Positions 37,154-46,328 of a stretch of DNA of 64,000 nt are shown here, in pieces (position 1 is the stretch's first letter; each line of letters begins with the position of its first letter). Under the pieces are notes generated by a model. It saw only the letters and a list, made by a program, of their open reading frames with translations, did no database searches and was not told where the DNA came from. Origin of the DNA: an uncultured virus (IMG/VR IMGVR_UViG_3300035080_000019) (lineage: Duplodnaviria > Heunggongvirae > Uroviricota > Caudoviricetes). The stretch is from IMG/VR virus record IMGVR_UViG_3300035080_000019; one strand, written 5' to 3'. Made by a program: the position numbers and the translations under genes.

Positions 37154-38720
37154 CAGCGACAAACAGAGCGAGACCTCACTCGATGATCAACTACGGGTCT
37201 GCCGGACGCGTGCAAACCGTGAGGGAGCTACAGTCGAATTTGAACGCTGCGATGCGGCTATCTCCGGCTCGACCGCCGTTGGAAGCCGGCCTGCAGGTAA
37301 CGCGATGCTGGCCGATGCCATCGCCGGCCGCTTCGATCTGCTGCTAGTGGAAGGTCTCGACCGGCTTGCACGTGACCAGGTCGAGCAAGAGCAAATCGTC
37401 CGGCGGCTGGAGCACCGTGGTATCCGCATCATCGGCGTTTCGGATGGATACGACTCGCGCCACAGCGGCCGCAAAATAATGCGCGGCGTGCGAGGTCTGA
37501 TTAACGACCTGTACCTGGACGACCTGCGCAGTAAAACGCATCGAGGCCAAGCTGGCCAGGTGGAGCGGGGATATATCGCTGGCGGAAAGTCCTATGGATA
37601 TGACATCGTAAAGGCGGATGGCGGCAGCACGTACCGAGTCAATGAAAACCAGGCGCGCTGGGTAGTTTGGATTTTCGAGCAATATGCGGCCGGAAACAGC
37701 GTCCAGCGGATCGCTCATGAACTGAATAACCAAGGCGTACCGTCGCCGCGCGACAGCACATGGGCCGTGTCCGCAATCTATGGCAGCCCAGTGAAGGGCT
37801 CGGGCATCTTGAATAACTCGATGTATGTGGGACAGTACGTCTGGAACAGATCTCAATGGATCAAAGACCCGGATACCGGCCGGCGCCAACGAACAGAGCG
37901 ACCGAGGGAGGAATGGCAGACGGCCAGCATGCCAGAGCTGCGCATCATTGATGACGAACTCTGGCGCCGCGTGCGCGAACGCATCGACGCCGGGCGGGAC
38001 GAGCATGGGCGCAAGCGCCAGGTCCGGCCCGCGACGACTCTCTTTGGGGGAATGATGCTTTGCCCGCACTGCGGCGGCGCCGTGGTGGCGATCAATGCGG
38101 ACCGCTACGGCTGCGCGGCCGCGAAGGACAGGGGCCCGGCTGTGTGCAAAGGCTTCTCGATCCCAAGAGACCTGGTCGAGAAGCGCCTGATTTCGATCAT
38201 CCGCGCAGAGCTGCTGTCGCCAGTGGCTGCCGCCGAGTTCGAAAAGGCCTTCGAAGAGTTGCTTATAGAAAACACGGGATCGACCGAGGATGTAGCCCAA
38301 GCCACCAAACGCATCACTCAGTTAACCGCCGAGATCGGGCGGGTGATTGACGCCATCACGATGGTCGGTGCATCAGAAGCGCTGGCCGCCAAGTTGAAGG
38401 CCTTGGAGAATGACCGTAGCGCGCTGCAGCGCAGACTTGCCCTGAAAGCAGCAAGCGAGGCAGCACGCACGCCCAACGTGACCAGCATCTTCAACGAGAT
38501 CCTGATGAACCTGACTGCTGCGCTTCGGGAGAATCCTCTGATGGCCAGGAAGATCCTGGGCGATATCTTCGGCTCGATCCAGCTTGAGGTGAGAGAAGAT
38601 AACCAGGTGTGGGCCAAAATGGCAACGGCCCGGCTACTTAAGCAAGTAGCCGGGCCGTCTATATCGGTGGTTGCGGGGGCAGGATTTGTTATTCAGAAAC
38701 AGCGAGTGAAACTATCATAG
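37125..38720 (+). CDS. Large serine recombinase (integrase)
   Basis: IYARYSS..Q, DRLAR, recombinase domain, C..CG...C...C zinc ribbon, coiled coil. Confidence 0.93.
   Translation: MKATIYARYSSDKQSETSLDDQLRVCRTRANREGATVEFERCDAAISGSTAVGSRPAGNAMLADAIAGRFDLLLVEGLDRLARDQVEQEQIVRRLEHRGIRIIGVSDGYDSRHSGRKIMRGVRGLINDLYLDDLRSKTHRGQAGQVERGYIAGGKSYGYDIVKADGGSTYRVNENQARWVVWIFEQYAAGNSVQRIAHELNNQGVPSPRDSTWAVSAIYGSPVKGSGILNNSMYVGQYVWNRSQWIKDPDTGRRQRTERPREEWQTASMPELRIIDDELWRRVRERIDAGRDEHGRKRQVRPATTLFGGMMLCPHCGGAVVAINADRYGCAAAKDRGPAVCKGFSIPRDLVEKRLISIIRAELLSPVAAAEFEKAFEELLIENTGSTEDVAQATKRITQLTAEIGRVIDAITMVGASEALAAKLKALENDRSALQRRLALKAASEAARTPNVTSIFNEILMNLTAALRENPLMARKILGDIFGSIQLEVREDNQVWAKMATARLLKQVAGPSISVVAGAGFVIQKQRVKLS
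38668..38689 (+). repeat. Candidate right attachment site; reverse complement of a tRNA-fMet-like 3' end
   Basis: TGGTTGCGGGGGCAGGATTTG is the reverse complement of CAAATCCTGCCCCCGCAACCA; 15-bp identity with 1334-1348. Confidence 0.72.
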
Positions 38721-38882
38721 CGGGGCAGCTTGGAGCTGCCAGCCACAGTTATGCGGCAAGCAGCAAACTCAACAGAGCAGGGATCGCTGTCTGCGCATAC
38801 AGTACGCAAATTCGCCCATTTGAGCCGGTTTTGGCAAAATATTCCCCGGCAAGTAATTCTGAAGTTGAGCTCCGTTAATGCG

Positions 38883-39668
38883 CTACAGGCAATCGGCCAA
38901 CTCGTGCAGAGTGACGAATTGCACACCGTATTTCTCTGCCAACCAATTGCGATGTGTTTTACTAAGTACGGAATTCTGGCCTGCGCCGCGCGCTTGATCA
39001 TGTGTGCAAAAGAAATCATTGCCATAGCCAACGTGAGCTGCAATGGCTTCACCGTCGGCCCATTCATTGACTATTTTGCGTACCTGCTTATGTCTGCCGT
39101 TCGCAGCAGCTCGTTCCAAACCTTGCGGCCACCACTCACCTTCAGCGATGAAGTCGCACCCGAATTTGATCGCCTGCGCACGTCCCACTTCACGAGACAA
39201 CAGATCCGAATCAACAGCATTAGTCAAATCAGCACATGCAACAAACCTTTCCGGTGCGATTGGTTCGTAGAATTTGTCGCCAAAACCGTGTATCGCCAAA
39301 CTATAGCCAAACAGTCTTGGGCCTATCAAGGCACGCATTCCGAGATCGAGTGCTTTTTGTAAGCTAGCCAAGAATTCTGTCGGTATTTCGCGCCGCTCCG
39401 ATTGACGGCCGATGAATATCGTCACCGATAATGGTGGGGTGTTTAGTGCATAAGATCTACACATAATTCTTGAGCTACCAACAACATCCACCTTGTCATT
39501 TTTCGTAAGCGCATCAAGGGAAATCATAGCTTCGCTAAAATAGCCATTAATGCGACCAGACTTAAGAGCTGCATTTATTGCGACACAGGCGGCATGACAT
39601 GATTGTTCGATACATCGTTTAGGTTCCACCACCTGCTGAAAGACGTTTGTATCGAATGTTACTTTCAT
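38883..39668 (-). CDS. PIN-like domain protein
   Basis: VTFDTNV N-terminus, AD..AIA, F.T.D acidic motifs; lower GC. Confidence 0.55.
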   Translation of the reverse strand: MKVTFDTNVFQQVVEPKRCIEQSCHAACVAINAALKSGRINGYFSEAMISLDALTKNDKVDVVGSSRIMCRSYALNTPPLSVTIFIGRQSERREIPTEFLASLQKALDLGMRALIGPRLFGYSLAIHGFGDKFYEPIAPERFVACADLTNAVDSDLLSREVGRAQAIKFGCDFIAEGEWWPQGLERAAANGRHKQVRKIVNEWADGEAIAAHVGYGNDFFCTHDQARGAGQNSVLSKTHRNWLAEKYGVQFVTLHELADCL

Positions 39669-40056
39669 ATCGTTGCCGGTCCTAGCCTCGTACTGGAAGG
39701 CTCATGTTAAGCGTTTTGTCGCCCGGAGCACCTGATTAGAAGTCCGGCGCAAATCTCAGTTATATCAGCTGCCGATGTCCGCAATCGGCGGCAGTCATTC
39801 GAAGCCCCCACAGAAAATACCGCCCGGCTCGGCCTCGCTCATGGCTGAAGCAGGGATGCTGTCCGTTCATTTCCCCCTAGTTGTTACACTTAGGGTATCG
39901 GCAAAGTCCGCAACATACGGGCCTTGCGTCACTCGCAATTGCATTTTATCAACAAAACAGATTCTTAATCGCTGAGCGCTTATCAATTCATCTATACTTT
40001 GGGCAGAATGAGTTAAGAGCAACAATTTGAAGAAAGATTTGGCGTTGGGGAACCTC

Positions 40057-40089
40057 TTGCCTTTATAATTTACTTAACCTATAAGTTAA
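40057..40089 (+). promoter_or_regulatory. TA promoter with a palindromic operator
   Basis: TTGCCT-N17-TATAAG overlapped by TTAACCTATAAGTTAA (40074-40089). Confidence 0.55.
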
Positions 40090-40092
40090 AGC

Positions 40093-40485
40093 ATGTTGTA
40101 TGAAATAGTTTCCCGGCGGCATCGCGTTTGCGCGTTGATAACGGACCGAGATTACAACCTCTCGTGCGCGGCGTGGGATTTTCTTCAGGAACAAAACCGG
40201 ACAGTGTCCGGGCACGTCCGTGGTATGAAAACGCTGTTTGAACGTTATGCGAATTCAGGCAGGGAGCAATTGCCTACGGATCTTTTCCATCATGCGAATG
40301 AACAGCAACAGATTTTTGAGTTTATAAAGGGGCAATTGAGAGTTTTCTGCTTCATCGACGGAAATACTGTCGTTTTAACTCACGGAGCATTGAAGAAAAC
40401 GCAGAAAGCCTCATCTGCCGAAATTCAAGAGGCGGTAAATTGTCGCGAAAAATATTTCGCTTGGAAGAATGCAAATGGAAATTGA
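40093..40485 (+). CDS. RelE/HigB-like (gp49-type) toxin
   Basis: IFEF....LRVFCF......VLTHG..KKTQK....I..A motif. Confidence 0.8.
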   Translation: MLYEIVSRRHRVCALITDRDYNLSCAAWDFLQEQNRTVSGHVRGMKTLFERYANSGREQLPTDLFHHANEQQQIFEFIKGQLRVFCFIDGNTVVLTHGALKKTQKASSAEIQEAVNCREKYFAWKNANGN

Positions 40486-40867
40486 AATTCAATCTCAGAG
40501 CCGTGATTGGTTCGATTCTATTGAAGTCCTCCACGCTGATGACGTGAAGTTGGACTTCGCAGTGTCGCTCGAGCGTGCGCTTCGTCAAAGTAATTTGACG
40601 CGTAGTGATCTTGCTCGCCTTGTGGAGAGGTCGCCGGCTTGGATTACCAAAATTTTGCGTGGCGATACGAACCTCACCATTGAAACGATGTGCAGGCTGA
40701 GTGAGGCATTAAATCATGAATTGCATTTGCACCTGGCACCTAAAGATGCGGACGTGAAGTGGTTTGAGGCTTATAGCCGAGTTAAAGCCCCCAATCCGAA
40801 AAAATCTAAGGCATGGAATGAAACAAAGGAGTTCCGAAATGGATGGCCAATTCCCGCTGCAGCTTAA
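40469..40867 (+). CDS. HigA-like XRE HTH antitoxin with a C-terminal extension
   Basis: RSDLA.....S.AWITKILRGD.NLTIETM; about 40-aa tail with aromatic residues. Confidence 0.8.
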   Translation: MQMEIEIQSQSRDWFDSIEVLHADDVKLDFAVSLERALRQSNLTRSDLARLVERSPAWITKILRGDTNLTIETMCRLSEALNHELHLHLAPKDADVKWFEAYSRVKAPNPKKSKAWNETKEFRNGWPIPAAA

Positions 40868-41258
40868 GGGATATTTTTTTATTGACCAAACCGTAATAGC
40901 CAATTCGGATTTTCTTCCAGAAAACCCTTCCGAGGTCTCCCAGAGCATCTCGGCAAGAGTGCACAAGACCGAGAACAAAGACGATGAATTTTTTTGCATG
41001 TTATCGGTTAAGTCCAACCTGGCAGAGAGTAAAAATTACCCCTATAGGTTTGATATTTCGATCTTCGGTACGTTCATAGTACAAGCAGGGATACCTGCGC
41101 AAAGCGCAGTACAAATGGTGAAAGAAATTGGGGCGGCTTTGTTGGTAGGAGCGATTCGAGAACGGCTATCGGTATTAATGGCGGGAGGCCCATGGATTGG
41201 GTCTTTGTTACCAATCGTTCCGCTAACGGAGATCGAATTCGCAGATAACAGTGATTAG
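40839..41258 (+). CDS. SecB-like chaperone
   Basis: PY.F.I...G.F, GAA.L.GAIRE.......GP....LLP.V; AAGGAG RBS. Confidence 0.75.
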   Translation: MDGQFPLQLKGYFFIDQTVIANSDFLPENPSEVSQSISARVHKTENKDDEFFCMLSVKSNLAESKNYPYRFDISIFGTFIVQAGIPAQSAVQMVKEIGAALLVGAIRERLSVLMAGGPWIGSLLPIVPLTEIEFADNSD

Positions 41259-41272
41259 TGTTAAGACTCATG

Positions 41273-41304
41273 AATAAAGCCCGCTTTGAGCGGGCTTTAT
41301 TTTT
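41273..41304. terminator. Bidirectional intrinsic terminator
   Basis: AATAAAGCCCGCT-ttg-AGCGGGCTTTATTTTT. Confidence 0.8.
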
Positions 41305-41354
41305 GCGTGAGGCTCCACCTGTGCAATTGTCAGCCCTCCGAAAAGTGAATTCAG

Positions 41355-42134
41355 CTATGCGCCCAGCTCGGCGGCGTCGGCTAACTCCCGGAGTTTAGCA
41401 ATTCGCGCTTTTTCCTTAATGACCGTTTCCGTTAATTTGGCGCCCGATGCTGCGTCCTCTATAAGGCGGGAAAAGGATCTGCGACCGACGTCGCGCGTCC
41501 ATGCGAGCTTCCCAATACCGCGCCGATTGAATTCGTCAAATTCGCTTTTGGTGAAGATAATCTCAAGATTTAGCTTGATCGCCTGGTCTTCCCACCAAGC
41601 ATCAATTTTTCCGGTTTTTATACCCTCTCGAACTAAATAGTTGGTGCGCAAGATCACAACCCGATACGCAAAAAAATAGTTCCAAACCAACTCACCCACG
41701 AAGGGCCGCTCCTGATCGCACGCTGTTCCGAACATTGCCTCGTTAACTTCTAAATCCTGTGCGCGCAGCTTCAGTTTCCCAATGTCTTGCGCCCATTCTG
41801 CTGGGAAAAGGCAGTCAATTTCGAGTACCAAAAATGCCGGCAGAGCGTTGTCCATTGCGATAAATGAACGCCACATCCTATCCAGTGCGTCCAGGCGTCG
41901 CCCGTGAAAAGCCAACGACAGATCATGCAATGACTTGTGCGCCATCGAAATCTCCGCGGCCTGAGCAGCAATTTCGGCCTTCATTGCTTCAATCTTTTGT
42001 GTGTATTGATGTTCGACGCCTTTTTGAATTCTCGTGGTAACCCATGTCTTTGTAGCCAGTGCAACAATCGAGACTACCGCAGTCGGGCCGATGATCGGCC
42101 AAAGGTAAAACCATAGCGTATCCATATCCCCCAA
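41355..42134 (-). CDS. Hypothetical protein with an N-terminal TM helix and coiled coil
   Basis: 259-aa ORF, GGAGG RBS, lower GC. Confidence 0.65.
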   Translation of the reverse strand: MGDMDTLWFYLWPIIGPTAVVSIVALATKTWVTTRIQKGVEHQYTQKIEAMKAEIAAQAAEISMAHKSLHDLSLAFHGRRLDALDRMWRSFIAMDNALPAFLVLEIDCLFPAEWAQDIGKLKLRAQDLEVNEAMFGTACDQERPFVGELVWNYFFAYRVVILRTNYLVREGIKTGKIDAWWEDQAIKLNLEIIFTKSEFDEFNRRGIGKLAWTRDVGRRSFSRLIEDAASGAKLTETVIKEKARIAKLRELADAAELGA

Positions 42135-42616
42135 CTACCTCCACCCCGTATGTGATTTATCACTAACGAAACTATCCACTCCATGAAGCAGGCCTGTCGA
42201 AGTGCCTACCAAATTTTACTGCAATGTCAGGAGTGCCATGCTGAGGGAGGCAGTGCGGGCCACAAATGAATTAGAACTCTGAGCGGGAAGCAGAACGCGA
42301 GGCAGTATCTGGAAGTTATCGAGCCTCTTAATTTATCCCAGTGTTGCCATGCTTCGAGCTGCTCCAGTGCGTCGAGGGCAGGGGATATGGGGCAATATGC
42401 TCTCTCCGGGTTAATGTGTGGCCGCATGTTTGCCTGGGCCTATGGAGAGCGTATGGGGCGTTTTCGAGGGGGGCGGACAGCCTGAGAGATGGTAATCAAA
42501 ATGGCCTCATAGTGCGTCAAAATGCGTCAGATTTGATACTCGCGGGGCGAGCCGCCGAGCCGGTCTGGACTGGGCTCGGCGCCTGATGCAAATTTGAGTC
42601 AAAACCGACCTATGTA

Positions 42617-42651
42617 GCGGGCAGGCGCGGGGTGGGGGCAACCGCGCGCGC
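42617..42651 (+). other. P2/phiCTX-type cos site
   Basis: GCGGGCAGGCGCGGGGTGGGGGCAACCGCGCGCGC resembles the P2 cos context GGCGAGGCGGGGAAAGCACTGCGCGC; lies beyond the portal 3' end as in P2. Confidence 0.55.
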
Positions 42652-42673
42652 AGAGTCGAAAGCCAAAAAAATA

Positions 42674-42689
42674 CTGTACACAAACACAG
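42674..42689. promoter_or_regulatory. LexA (SOS) box
   Basis: CTGT-ACACAAAC-ACAG preceded by TA. Confidence 0.6.
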
Positions 42690-43250
42690 TTAAGTTGCAA
42701 TCTAGGCAATCTTTTACAAAAACAATACTTCCTTTCCGTCCACCGCCGCCCTACCCCCTCAGCACCATCGCGCTGTAACTCTTCGCCGGGCTACTGACCT
42801 CCGTGATTACGCGAAAGCACAGGCGGAACGTCGCAACCGCTGCGACTATCACCAGAGTCCCAACTCGCTTATCGCCGCCAGCTTCAGAACCAACAAGACG
42901 ACGCACTAAAAAATCAAATTTGTCATTTATAATATTTTTATTAGAGCAAAAACGCTTACGAACTCTCTGATCTAGGGCAATAAAGACGAAATTATCTCGA
43001 TATTTCCCCCAAGAAGAACGGGCATAAAAAATTGCAAATATTCAACAGCACAGAGGTTTTCGGAGCATTTCCTCACATTGCGTCGCTCTACTCTTGCTGA
43101 GAATGACGCCAAAATCCAACAATAAAAACAAATACATTGAATTAACCGATTTTATATCGTACAGTTTTCACAGGTGATCAATAGCCGCGCATCAAAATGT
43201 GATGCGCCTGTTAAATCGAGCCTCTGGGGAGAGGCAATCAAGGGGGCAAT

Positions 43251-44885
43251 ATGAAAATGACCGATATCAAAATCAGCGTGAGACTTGGCGCTTGCTTCGC
43301 TACGCTGATCCTGGTGATGTGCGTGATTGCTGGCGTTGGCGTGAAGAACCTATGGACGGTCAGCGATGCGACCGACGAAATCGTCAATGATCGCTACGTG
43401 AAAATCTCCCTCGTGAACCAAATCATGGATAAGGTCAACAATGCCGCTCGTGCGATACGCAATGCCATTATTGCCCCCGACCAAGCGACGACCGAAAAGT
43501 ACGTGGAGAGAGCGCTGAACAACACCAAGGAAGTCAACGAACTCATGACTGATCTGGAAAAACGCCTCAGTACGCCTAAAGGCAGGGAATTATTCGGCAA
43601 ACTTAAAGATGCCCGCGCCGAATATGCCAAGCCGCGTGATCGCGTAATTGAGCTGCTCCGCCAGCAGAAGAAGACGGAGGCCAGTGAGTATCTATTCAAG
43701 GAGGTAATTCCAGCGCAAGACAAGTACTTCACTGCGCTCGAGCAGATGATCTCCTTTCAGGCGTCGCTGATGGACAAAAGCGTGGCCAAGAGTAATGAGG
43801 CATCGGCCGATGCCGTCAATCTGATGATCGTGCTCTCTGCCTTAGCCATTTTGCTCTCGGTGGCCTGTGCCATCATGATCACACGTTCCATTACACGACC
43901 GCTCAATGAAGCTGTTGAAGTGGCTACCGCCGTGGCGTCGGGTGACCTGACCGTGCAGATCGCCGCGACTTCTAAGGATGAAACGGGAGCGCTGCTGTCT
44001 TCGCTGAAGACCATGAACGAGAATCTGCATCGCATCGTCAGCGAAGTTCGCCAAGGCACCGATACGATTGCCACGGCCTCTGGCCAGATTGCTACTGGCA
44101 ATTTGGATCTATCCTCGCGGACCGAACAGCAAGCCGGTGCGCTGGAAGAAACCGCCTCAGCCATGGAGGAACTCACATCTACCGTCAAGCAGAATGCCGA
44201 CAATGCACGTCAAGCCAATACGCTGGCTACGAACGCCTCAGAGGTGGCGATCCAGGGAGGCGGCGTTGTAGGTGAAGTAGTCCAGACCATGAGCCAAATT
44301 AACGACGCCTCGCGCAAGATCGTGGACATTATCACGGTCATCGATGGCATTGCGTTCCAGACCAATATTCTGGCCTTGAATGCTGCGGTGGAAGCTGCGC
44401 GTGCTGGTGAGCAAGGACGTGGCTTCGCCGTGGTGGCTTCCGAAGTCCGTACTCTGGCCCAGCGTAGCGCTGCAGCCGCCAAGGAAATAAAATCACTGAT
44501 CGATACCTCGGTCGAGCGTGTAGAAAACGGCAGCCGTTTGGTTGAGCGAGCTGGTGAGACGATGAATGAGGTGGTGGCCAGCGTCAAGCGCGTGACCGAT
44601 GTAGTCGCCGAGATCACTGCCGCCAGCGGCGAACAGAGCGATGGAATCGAGCAGATCAATCAGGCCATAGTGCAGATGGATGAAGTGACGCAGCAGAACG
44701 CAGCTCTGGTCGAAGAAGCCGCCGCAGCAGCAAGATCGCTGCAGGACCAATCGAGCAGCCTGGTGGAGATGGTCAGCATCTTCAAGCTCAGTCGCAACGA
44801 CTCCCACCATGCCTCCGCAGGTGTCGCAAGCATGGTACGCCAAAGCGTAGATATCACGCCGCAACCGGCAGGGTTGCCCCGCTAG
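43251..44885 (+). CDS. Methyl-accepting chemotaxis protein (four-helix periplasmic sensor, HAMP, signalling domain)
   Basis: Two TM helices; [34 protein letters not shown]. Confidence 0.95.
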   Translation: MKMTDIKISVRLGACFATLILVMCVIAGVGVKNLWTVSDATDEIVNDRYVKISLVNQIMDKVNNAARAIRNAIIAPDQATTEKYVERALNNTKEVNELMTDLEKRLSTPKGRELFGKLKDARAEYAKPRDRVIELLRQQKKTEASEYLFKEVIPAQDKYFTALEQMISFQASLMDKSVAKSNEASADAVNLMIVLSALAILLSVACAIMITRSITRPLNEAVEVATAVASGDLTVQIAATSKDETGALLSSLKTMNENLHRIVSEVRQGTDTIATASGQIATGNLDLSSRTEQQAGALEETASAMEELTSTVKQNADNARQANTLATNASEVAIQGGGVVGEVVQTMSQINDASRKIVDIITVIDGIAFQTNILALNAAVEAARAGEQGRGFAVVASEVRTLAQRSAAAAKEIKSLIDTSVERVENGSRLVERAGETMNEVVASVKRVTDVVAEITAASGEQSDGIEQINQAIVQMDEVTQQNAALVEEAAAAARSLQDQSSSLVEMVSIFKLSRNDSHHASAGVASMVRQSVDITPQPAGLPR

Positions 44886-44932
44886 TGTTCTACCGAGATC
44901 CCTTTGTCAGCGCCGACTTTTCGCTGGCAATT

Positions 44933-44960
44933 CGCCCCGCCTCGTGCGGGGCTTTTTTAT
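44933..44960 (+). terminator. Intrinsic terminator after the MCP gene
   Basis: GCCCCGC-ctcgt-GCGGGGC-TTTTTAT. Confidence 0.75.
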
Positions 44961-45057
44961 TAAAGGGGAATACTAATGTGCTAAGGCAGCTAATGCTGTA
45001 AACGTAGCAAGGGTACCTCCCTAATACCAGTTGTGGAAAGCAGAATTAGCCCCTCTG

Positions 45058-45273
45058 TCAAAGCATCTTCCCGTTCCTCTCACGCGCGGCTGCCTCGCGC
45101 TGGTAGTCGTCCCGACAGTAGATGTTGCAAAACAGTAGATTCGCGCTCACTACTTCGTCACAGAAATGACATCGACAATCCGGCTGCAGTGAAGGTACTC
45201 GCCGTGCGGCCGCCAGGCCGGCCGCGATGGTTCGAAAAATCTTGTTGTCTGCGTGATCTGCGTAATCGCTCAT
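45058..45273 (-). CDS. Small TraR/DksA-like zinc-finger protein
   Basis: MSDYADHA (D-x-x-D-x-A) N-terminus, CHFC...CNIYC. Confidence 0.6.
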   Translation of the reverse strand: MSDYADHADNKIFRTIAAGLAAARRVPSLQPDCRCHFCDEVVSANLLFCNIYCRDDYQREAAARERNGKML

Positions 45274-45275
45274 GG

Positions 45276-46328
45276 TTACTTGCCCTCATTGGTAGGAAGT
45301 TGATAAGGGCGGAAACTGAGCACTTCTTGCCCCGCCCACTCGTTCAAGGAAAGAAACTGCGCCTGTAGCGGCTCAATCTCGTTGCAGCCGAAGACCGCAG
45401 CGGCCTTGGTCACATCGCCGAAGCCGCCTGTGTTGTTGGGCATGGTGCCGAGCAACTGCGGCGGCACGCGGTGCGCGGCCAACACGTCATCGCGCGTGCA
45501 ATTCTTGATGTTGAAGAATTCATCCTTGGCCGCGATCTCGGAGACCGGCAGGATTTGCAGGCCATCTTTCTTGCCGCCCGGCGCATACACAAACAGGTTG
45601 CGGAAGTTGCCCGGTCCCTTGCTGTTGCGCATGGCCTCGCGCAGCTTGTCCACATCATTGACGTTGCTGGCCGTGTCGGTCATGTAGAGGATGAAGCCAG
45701 CGTGCGAGCCGTTGAGGTAGTAGCGGCGACGGAACAGCGTGGCCGATTCATTGAGCCAGGCCGATTGCAATGCGCTCACGTACTGCGGCACGCCATAGAC
45801 TTCCTGGTTGATGTCCGGCGCCTGCAGGTGCCAAATGGAATCCGGCTCAAATTCGTAGTTGGCGCGCCAGCCATTGACGAAGAAGTACCGCCCCGGCTCC
45901 ACGCCCACGCGCGTGTACTTGGCCAGCGCCGGCTTGAGACTCAACAGCTTGCCGGTCATGCTCTCGCGCCGCTCGGCGTAGCAATTGCCGAACAGCAGGA
46001 AGTCCAGGGCCAGGCGCGCGAAGTCGGCTCGCGACAAGATGGCGGACGGCTGGAAGGTCGAGGCCAGGATGTTGACCTTGCACCAGATGGCGCTGGCGTG
46101 ATGGACGCTGGCATTGAGCGACTTCGCCAGCCCGGCCATGCTCAAGGGCGGCTCGTACCAGTCGCCATTGCGATAGCACTCGGCATCGGCCAGCATGTCC
46201 CGACCTTCCAGAACCGGGGACGGATCGCCGAACGTGAATGCCTCGACCGATGACGTGGCCGGCGCTGGCACGGTGGCCGGTGGCGTGTTGGTAGATGCAG
46301 CCGCACGGCGGCGTGCTCTGTGTTTCAT
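45276..46328 (-). CDS. Portal protein, P2 gpQ-like
   Basis: AFTFGDP, WYEPP, QEVYGVP.Y, AAHRVPPQL motifs. Confidence 0.93.
   Translation of the reverse strand: MKHRARRRAAASTNTPPATVPAPATSSVEAFTFGDPSPVLEGRDMLADAECYRNGDWYEPPLSMAGLAKSLNASVHHASAIWCKVNILASTFQPSAILSRADFARLALDFLLFGNCYAERRESMTGKLLSLKPALAKYTRVGVEPGRYFFVNGWRANYEFEPDSIWHLQAPDINQEVYGVPQYVSALQSAWLNESATLFRRRYYLNGSHAGFILYMTDTASNVNDVDKLREAMRNSKGPGNFRNLFVYAPGGKKDGLQILPVSEIAAKDEFFNIKNCTRDDVLAAHRVPPQLLGTMPNNTGGFGDVTKAAAVFGCNEIEPLQAQFLSLNEWAGQEVLSFRPYQLPTNEGK

Larger units (their letters stand above)
1334..38689. mobile_element. Prophage 1: HK97-type head, Mu-like contractile tail, lambdoid control region, serine integrase; apparently intact
   Basis: Complete ordered head, tail, lysis, replication, immunity and integration modules between 15-bp direct repeats. 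Confidence 0.9.

Noticed and set aside
38668..38760. tRNA-Met gene
   Set aside because: Only 21 nt of the 3' end match; the sequence does not continue into a T-loop, anticodon arm or D arm
42195..42211. Second tRNA-derived att ending in CCTACCA
   Set aside because: Match too short, no T-arm consensus and no partner copy in the window
42227..42427. 66-aa ORF as the LexA-controlled antirepressor
   Set aside because: No recognisable motif, and it is separated from the box by the cos region; kept only as a possibility
43120..43152. Sigma-28 promoter for the chemoreceptor
   Set aside because: An ACCGAT -10-like element is present but spacing to a TAAA -35 does not fit
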